NCBI RefSeq assembly: GCF_006345805.1
Contig: NW_021834813.1
Span: 1-46,877, forward strand
DNA: 46,877 bases
Direction: 5' to 3'
Origin: Octopus sinensis
Lineage: Eukaryota
Part shown: piece by piece, positions 38,313-46,877 of the stretch
How positions within the stretch are numbered: the stretch's first letter is position 1
Layout of the letters: each line of letters opens with the position of its first letter
Program-made: the position numbers and the translations under genes
Notes under the pieces: generated by a model
Seen by the model: only the letters and a program-made list of their open reading frames with translations
Databases searched by the model: none
What the model was told of the DNA's origin: nothing

Positions 38313-39442
38313 GTTGGCCTGCTCGCTTAGCCAGTGGGGTGGCATTATTTGAAGGCTAAAACAATGTGAAGCGTATTGTGACCAGCTATGTGTAGCAACA
38401 TCTGATAGCCTGGTCGGTCACGGTGATCACGGTGATATATATATGTATATATATGCATGCATGAATACCACAAAGCATCTGATCTAACATAGTTACATTT
38501 CTACAAAACCACTGCTCCAGCTTGGTACATTTTTTTCTTATCAACCCCAGAAAGAAGAAAGCTAAAGTTGACCTTGGCTGTAATTGAACTCAAAGCACAC
38601 TATAAATATGACAGTGCCAATTTGTTTCTATGTTGCCTTGTAATCCACTCGTGTTTTGCACTAGTATTTGTGTAGATCCAAGTATGTCCTATATAACTAC
38701 AGACACAAATATCAAATCATGTATTTTATTTCCTGGACTATGCACGTCTCGTCTGGTTGAGTAGCTGTAATTATCAAAACACACACACAAATATGTATAC
38801 AAACATATAAACGTTTAATATATTTGGTGGTATGTAATGGTTGCAAATAATGGTTGCCCCAAAAAATACCATGTCCCTGACACACACACATACACACACA
38901 CATTTATAAACATAAATAAGATAAGGACAGCAAAGGTTGAAATCATATGATTTGGTGGTCCTGGTGGCATGTTCATATCCGCCACATATGAAACTGTCCC
39001 ATGGTAACTATTGTAGGATTCTACCTTCTAACACAACATCCACTTGTGTATGTCTGTGTGTGTGTGTAGGTGCTGGTGTGGCTGTGTAGTAAGAAGCTTG
39101 CTTCCCAACCACATGGTTCCGGGTTCATTTCCACTGTGTAGCACCATAGGCAAGGGCAAGTATCTTCTACTAATGCCTCAGGCTGACCAAAGCCATGTGA
39201 GTGGATTTAATAGATGGAAACTGAGAGAAGATCATCATATGTATATAAATATATGTGCGTGTGTGTGTGTGTATGTGTGTGTGTGTCTTTGTGTATCTGT
39301 GTTTGTTCCTCCACCATCACCTGACAACCAATGTTGGTGTGTTTACACCCCCATAACTTAGTGGTTCAGCAAAAGAGACCAATAGAATAAGTACAAGGCT
39401 TAAAAAAAATAAGTCGAAATGTCTCAGTTGATCTGATCAATG

Positions 39443-40098
39443 GAACAGCCTGCTTGTGAAGTTAACATATAAGTGGCTGAGAGCTCCACAGACACATGCT
39501 AGGAGCATATCAACATCTTACAGTGTCTGTCTATCAAGTTCAGTCACAAGTTAATGACCAGTTTGGAGCCAAAGCATGAAACAGCCTGCTTGTGAAGTTA
39601 ACGTATAAGTGGCTGAGAGCTCCACAGACACAGGTATCTTTAATGTAGTTCTCAGCGAGATTCACAGTGTGACACAGAATGTGACAAGGCTGGCCCTTTG
39701 AATTACAGGTATTTTCTCATTTCTGCCAGCTGAGTGGACTGGAGCAATGTGAAATAAAATGTCTTGCTCAAGGACACAATTTGTCTCCAGGAATTGAACT
39801 CACAACCTTATGATCATGAACCAAATACGCCTAGCCACTAGAACCCATGCCATTACACAGAGAATGCATAGCATTGTAAGACCTCTCTTGACCATTCTTG
39901 CTGGGAGCATATCAGCTTCTTACAGTGTCTGTCTATCAAGTTCAGTCACATGGTAATGACAAGTTTGGAGCCAAAGCATGAAACAGCCTGCTTGTGAAGT
40001 TAACGTATAAGTGGCTGAGAGCTCCACAGACACAGGTATCTTTAATGTAGTTCTCAGCGAGATTCACAATCTGACACAGTTTGGAGCCAAAGCATGAG
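39443..40098. repeat. Mosaic of duplicated SINE-derived and unique segments
   Basis: acagcctgcttgtgaagttaac...ctccacagacaca occurs three times, ggagcatatca...gtttggagccaaagcatg twice, plus a partial third copy at ~40078. Confidence 0.8.
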
Positions 40099-40976
40099 AC
40101 ACAGGTGTAAGATACTGTGCAGAAGGATTGAACTTGAAACTATATGGCTGTGAACGGATCTGCTTAACCACACGGCCAGATCTGCACCAACCACAAAAAA
40201 TCTCAGTGTCACTTTTTAATAGTCTCTTTTGCTTTTTTTTTTTGGTTTTTGTTAAGAATCCAAAATATCCACTTGGCTATTATTGCTGTAACGATGAATG
40301 AAATCAAAATGTTTCCCTTTCTTTTTCTCTACTTGTCATTTTCTCTCTCTCTCTTCTTTTCTGGTATATATCATAACTTGTCTCAGCAAAATGTGAACAA
40401 CCAAAAAAAGAAAAAAATCAAAACAAAAACACAAAAAAAAATATCTAAAAAAAATTGCTGTTCTCCTTTTTCCTTCCCATATTTGCACTTTTAGATCGTC
40501 ATTTCATTATTAAGCATACAACCCAGTTATATTCAATGTGGCATATGTTGGCAGGACTATGGTATGGTTTATACAAATACCAAAATCAATTGGATGAAAT
40601 ATACAAAAAGAAAAAATATATATATATATATATATATAAAATACAACAAATAAGAAATAAAATAAAATAAAACAAAATGAAAGCAATATAAATTATAATA
40701 CATTCACAAAGATATTTGCATAGCAACACAACTTCTTTTAGGTATTGTTGGCTATAATAATCAAGAGAATAGGGCACATTCATATATTGTTGATACGTAC
40801 ACCAGGAAATATATTCTCACTTAACACTGGTCCATAGCAACAGAATCTTTTTTCCGTTATTGGTGGCTGTTATAGTAATTTGTGATACTAAATACATTCA
40901 TAAGTTGTCCACTTTAGTCTGGAAAATGTGTCCACATGCATATATACACCTACACATACGCTTGGGGACACTCTTT

Positions 40977-41387
40977 GCTCTTTTACTCTTTTACTTCTTT
41001 CAGTCATTTGGCTGTGGCTATGCTGGAGCACCGACTTTAGTCAAGCAAATCAAATCGACCCTGGGACTTATTCTCTGTTAGCCTTGTACTTATCCTATCG
41101 GTCTCTTTTGCCGAACCGCTAAGTTACGGGGACGTAAACACGCCAGCATCGGTTGTCAAGCGATGTTGGGGGGGAGGGGACAAACACAGACACACAAACA
41201 CACACACACACACATACATATATACACCAGGCTTCTTTCAGTTTCTGTCTACCAAATCCACTCACAAGGCTTAGGTTGGCGCAAGATTATAGTAGAAGAC
41301 ACTTGCCGAAGGTGCCATACAGTGGGACTGAACCCGGAACCATGTGGTTCATAAGCAAGCTACTTACCACACACACACTCCTATGCC
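40977..41387 (-). mobile_element. Full-length SINE (third family), reverse orientation
   Basis: Reverse complement aligns with 28831-29229. Confidence 0.85.
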
Positions 41388-41688
41388 TATATTCCCTTGA
41401 TCATCATTGTCGTCGTCATCATCGTTTTAACTTCCAGTTCTCCATTCTTGCATAGGATTGGATGAAGTTTATGAAACAGATTTTCTATGGCAGGAAACCA
41501 TTCTTGTTGCCAACCTTCACCTGTTTTTAAGCAGGGTAATATTTCCCTGTGACCAAACATATTTATGGACAATATTGGAAATGAATCTGACCCTACTTGT
41601 TTCACAGCGACACTCATTTACAACTTCAACATGAAGTTGTCAAGGAAAAGAGACACAACATACACACTCTCTCACATATGCACACATG

Positions 41689-42070
41689 TAATATAGAGAG
41701 AATACCAAATGAGTTCCCTATGGATACCGTATTTATTACAACTTGTGGCTTGTAAACGTATCTAACTCGCTTTCGCTCGTTAGATACGTTTACAAGCCAC
41801 TCGTTGTAATAAATACGGTATCCATAGGGAATGAGTTTGGTATTTTATTTATTACACACGAATAAACGACCATATTTTATTAACCCAATAACTAAATTCT
41901 TCACGTTTAGTTGTAACTTATGAATGACAAAAATAGTGCCGTCACCGTGACATCGGGTCATCGCCATGAATTGACCAATCAGAAGCAGCGCTGTCACTGT
42001 GACCTCGGGTCATCACCATGGATTGACCAATCAGAAGCAGTGCTCGCAGTATCTGACATATGTTAGATAT
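41689..42070. mobile_element. Non-autonomous fold-back element (144-bp palindrome, 2x52-bp repeat, small terminal palindrome)
   Basis: Arms 41701-41766 and 41779-41844 around tcgctttcgctc. Tandem units start at 41941 and 41993, each containing ttgaccaatcagaagc. tatctgacatatgttagata at 42050-42069. Superfamily uncertain. Confidence 0.6.
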
Positions 42071-42405
42071 CAAAAATATCTCAAAGTGTTCTCACTCACA
42101 TGTGTGTAATAAACATAGATTCTCTCTGAGAATGTTGGATCTTCAGGTAGATATGTTATAAATAATAGCATGTAAAAAAACATACACATACATATGTACA
42201 TGTATAGGGTAAAGGGTAAAGACCCCCTTCGGTCATGGATAACCGTGGTATTGTACCTAGAAAGTTCCCCTCCAAAGCAGAAGTCTGGGTAAGGTTGTTT
42301 GTGGAAGACTAGCAGTTGCCCATGCATACAGGTCTCCATCCACATGCCACTGGCATTGTCCAAGGGAAAGGTAAAAGCTGATACAGCTTGGCACCAGTGA
42401 CATTG

Positions 42406-42464
<59 letters not shown>

Positions 42465-42582
42465 GAAATATACACATGTATACATGCATACGCTGATATA
42501 TTCCCATTTCAAGCCTGCTAACATCACCAATTCTAGAAGCCAGAAATACAATAAATTGTAATAATTCTTCCCATTTTATTTA

Positions 42583-42624
<42 letters not shown>

Positions 42625-44742
42625 GTGTGTTGTATATATATATATATGTATGTATATATATATATATGTATGTATATATATATATGTATGTATATATATA
42701 TATATTTATGTATATATATATGTGTATGTATATATATGTATATATATATATATATATATGTATTATATATATATACAATATATATATGTATACATACATA
42801 TATATACATACATATATGTATATGTATATATGTATATATATATATATACATATATATATGCATACATATGTATATATATATATATATATAATATATATAT
42901 ATATATACTTGTATATATTACATATACACACACCACACAACACACATATATATATATATATATATATATTACTTAGAAATAGAATAGATTCTTCCTCAGA
43001 TTTCTATCAGTGTTGTTAATATTGTTGCATTTATTGGTTATTGTTATTATTAGTGTTGTTGTTATTCTTGTTTGCATTTAAAAGGAAAACAAAGAAAGAG
43101 GCTATTCACTTTTTGTTTTTACCATAAATCATTTAGGCCGAATCAGGTACTTTATATTTCTTTTATCACCAGCTATATTTTTTATGGTTGTTGTTGCTGT
43201 TGTTGTTGTCATCAATGATATTGGTCAATGACATGTTACTGATTTACCTGCACCCCCTTCCTGCCAGATCTTCTTCACCACTACCACCACCATTAGTTAC
43301 TATAAACAAATCATCTGCTCAGATTTGGTAAGAGATTGCAGGAACATCTTTCTTGGATTGACACCGAGATCACCTAATCATTAGCACACCTGATAAGATG
43401 TCTTGTGGCATGTCTTCCAACTTTACATTCTGAGTTCAAATTCTGCCAGAGTCAACTTTGCTTTTCATCCTTTTCGGGTCAATGAAATAAGTACCAGTTA
43501 TGCACTGGAGTTAATGTAATCAACTTGTTATCTTCCCCCAAATTTGAGGCCTTGTGCTTCCATTAGAAAGGACTATTATTATTATTATTATTATTATTAT
43601 TGTTGTTAAGGTGCAGTGCCTTTAGTAGACAGGATTATTATTATTGTTGTCGTTGAGTTCAAATTCCATAAAGGTCGACTCAAACTTTTAGGGTTGAGTG
43701 GTCAATAAAATAAGTACCTGTTGAGCAGTGACATCAACTTGATTGTTTTACCCTCTCTCCCAAAATTGCTGGCCTTGTGCCAAAATTTGAAATCTGTATT
43801 GTTGTTGTGGTTGTTATGTATATATATGTTTGTATGTATGTATGTATGTATGTAATTTAGAGAAAACAATTTAATAAAGAAAGATGTTATTCACACCATA
43901 TAGAAAACATATACTATAAAAAAAACTTATTTTAAATCAATTAAGTACAATATATAGTAAATAGTAGTAAATGGCTATATTTTCAAATAGATAATAATAA
44001 TAAAATCAATACAATTCAAAATTAAATTGAACTAAAATTAATTCTATTTAAATGTATAGTCACTCATCAGGTCTAAGATAATAAATAATGAAAAATAATA
44101 ATAGAATAAATGTAGATGTTTTAACTTATACTAGTTATCAATTAAATATATAAAAATACACGTGTATTAACAATAAATAATCGAATATATATATATATAA
44201 ATATATCAGCATGGCCACAGCTCATCAGCTGAAACTAGAATCAATCAATCAATCAATCATATGTGTGTGTGTGTGTGTATCTCAGTTTAAGCTTCCAGAC
44301 CAAAATTGATATTAAAAGACTCCCTCACTTTATCTATCTCTCTTCTCCTCTTTCTTTCTCTCTCTTTATCTCTCCCTCCTCCTTCCAAATACAAACACAC
44401 ACAAACACACATACATACACTCGATCATTATATCTGTATGTCAACATCCTGAACTTGCCTGAAATACCCCCCCCCCGCTCTCACACCAACTGTCCTGTGA
44501 CTCTGTCAAAAGCCAAACACGAAACGCAAAAGTGTTGAGAGCAACAATTTATTGTTGTAGACATGGCACATGCATTTGTCATGGATGATTCCATTATATT
44601 ACAAGAAATCTCACGTCCGATTCCAATCTAAAAGAAAAATCTACCATAATTAGAATTGACTGCCAAACATCGTTTTCTGTTCTTATTGGCTGAGAATTAT
44701 GTTTTGCTATTATCTATAAATGCGTGATGTGTGTGTGTATAT

Positions 44743-44787
<45 letters not shown>

Positions 44788-44918
44788 GTGTGTGTGTGCA
44801 CTTACTCACATACACACAGAGAGGCATATTTTTATACACAGATGAGTATGTGTCTATCTGTATGTTTATACATGTAAATATGTATGCATGTGTGTGTGAA
44901 TATTTGTCCATGTGTATA

Positions 44919-44957
<39 letters not shown>

Positions 44958-45055
44958 GTATATATATATATATATTATAATATATATATATATATTATAT
45001 ATATATCCACACATATAAATAAATAATTATATATAATGTAATATTTATAAATAAT

Positions 45056-45104
<49 letters not shown>

Positions 45105-45151
45105 TATATATTATACATACATATATATATACATATATGTATATATATAGG

Positions 45152-45182
<31 letters not shown>

Positions 45183-45604
45183 ATATATATAGGCACACAC
45201 AAACACCTAATACACATAAATATATGTATGTATGATGGATACATGTTTATGTGTGCATGTGTGAGTTGAAATCTCTGTATGTGTATATACACACATGCTG
45301 AAAGAGACGTATGTATCTGTGTGTATATATGTGCTTATAATTGAGTGAATGTCCCTGTGTCTACGTGCGATGAGAGCAAAATCCCATTGTCAAATTTCCA
45401 TCAACTTTACTGCTGGGAATATTCTCAAGATCTCCTGAGAATATTCCATGGTAATCTTCCTTCTACAATTTGAAACATCTTTTAGTATACTAGCAAATCT
45501 ACCCATCTACGATGGATGCCTAAAATGAGGATGGGAGGTCATAACAGTAGTCTGTATTAAGAAATGTGTAGATGGATTTGATAGATTACATTATTGTTGG
45601 TAGT

Positions 45605-46063
45605 ACAGCATTCTTATTTCTTTACTGCCCACAAGGGGCTACACACAGAGGGAACAAACAAGGACATACAAATAGATTAAGTCAATTATATCGACCCCAG
45701 TACGTAACTGGTACTTATTTAATCGATCCCGAATGGATGAAAGACAAAGTCGACCTCGGCGGAATTTGAACTCAGAACATAGCGGCAGACAAAATACCGC
45801 TAAGCATTTTGCCCGGCGTGCTAATGTTTCTTGTTATTTAATCACCCACAAGGGGCTAAACACAGAGGGGACAAACAAGGACAGACAAATGGATTAAGTC
45901 GATTATATCGACCCCAGTGCGTAACTGGTACTTATTTAATCGACCTTGAAAGGACAAAAGGCAAAGTTGACCTTGGCAGAATTTGAACTCAGAACATAGC
46001 GGCAGACAAAATACCCCAAAGCATTTCGCCTGGCATGCTAACATTTCTGCCAGCTCACCGCCT
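45605..46063 (-). mobile_element. Head-to-tail dimer of the same SINE family
   Basis: cccacaaggggcta...gtgctaa occurs twice in tandem (about 45605-45830 and 45830-46063). Confidence 0.8.
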
Positions 46064-46224
46064 TCGTGATACAGCATTCTATTGCAGCTATGTGACATGT
46101 GTTTGCAACTAAGGGACATGTGAAGACGATTCACTCCCGAACTGAAAAAGGTTCCCCGCCTCTGTATCATTCTAAATTCGTCATTATTATCAAAATTGTT
46201 TGAAACAAATTTTGTATATTTTAA

Positions 46225-46430
46225 CCCTTTTGTTATATATTTATTTTGAGATGCTCTGTGTTCCTTTCAATTAATTTTAGATACAACGTAGAATTTAGTA
46301 AAATAACTTAGTTATCATGAGGCTAATGTTAGGAACCTAAATTGTGACTAAGGTTTTGTGGAAGATTTTTATTCAGAACTTTTGAAAACAAGACGTTTAT
46401 ACTACAGAGTCAGAGCCTGTATCAAAAGGG
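46225..46430. mobile_element. piggyBac-type MITE, same family as 5303-5515
   Basis: TTAA-CCCTTTTG ... CAAAAGGG-TTAA. Internal sequence matches the 5.3-kb copy. Confidence 0.8.
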
Positions 46431-46877
46431 TTAACAGAAATATGGTAATAACTTTTATTTACAGATGCAAATCTCCATTAGATTCCATTATAGCAAATTA
46501 GCAGAAACATTTGAAAGTAGAACAGATTGCATTGTGGTGTGTCTTATGTGAATTCAAATCCTGTAAGTTCAAATCCAGTCAAGGCTATGCTTTCCATTTC
46601 ATTTTTCTGTGGTCAATGAAAGGGCACCAATTTAGAGTAGTGGATTGGCAGAACTGTAAGATCATCAGACCTGATGATGCCTTACTGCATTTGTTCCATT
46701 TCTTTGAATTCTAAACCTTCCGACTTCAAAACCTAGCAAGGCCAAATTGTGTGGTAGATTTGACCAGTGACCCAGCGTAACACAACTACCTAACCGTTTG
46801 AGTTGTGTCAGTAGAGTCCAGTCCGTGGCAAACATTGAAAGCAAGTCTCTAATCTGATATTAACTTCCTGCTGCCTT

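Noticed and set aside
61-45292. Dozens of Y/I/C/V/H/T-rich or poly-I/L/N ORFs in the track
   Set aside because: They are translations of (TA)n, (TG)n and (ATT)n microsatellites, which lack stops in some frames.
45416-45447. 12-bp perfect hairpin containing two GAAnnTTC (heat-shock-element-like) dyads
   Set aside because: The two dyads are 22 bp apart, out of 5-bp register, and there is no nearby promoter evidence.
44064-46677. Other CTGATGA words (44064-44070 minus; tcatcag-ac-ctgatga dyad at 46662-46677)
   Set aside because: Not followed by a stem plus GAAA and an NUH site.

Overview
This is AT-rich, repeat-dominated eukaryotic DNA. The long (TA)n, (ATT)n, (ATG)n and (GA)n microsatellites and the dense tRNA-derived SINEs look like an octopus (coleoid cephalopod) genome; that assignment is an inference. 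There is one solid gene: an uninterrupted 612-aa class A neuropeptide GPCR of the FMRFamide-receptor-like group (14392-16230, +) with a long Gly- and His/Gln-rich tail. Nearly all other ORFs in the supplied track are translated microsatellites. Mobile DNA comprises many SINEs, a decayed DD37D (maT) Tc1/mariner fragment, TTAA-flanked piggyBac-type MITEs, two retroelement 3' ends embedded in (ATT)n, a probable R4/Dong 5' fragment, and several fold-back elements. The top finding is a complete type I hammerhead ribozyme on the minus strand (1823-1900). Every core nucleotide is canonical, helix III is palindromic, and it sits in a ~250-bp element embedded in (TA)n, which is the architecture of Penelope-like LTRs and non-LTR retrozymes. 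Other items of note are a cluster of three hairpins (9291-9814), a ~135-bp tandem array split by a MITE, several local duplications, and a speculative minus-strand gene built from very short exons (23.4-44.6 kb). All coordinates and alignments were read by eye; no database searches were run.
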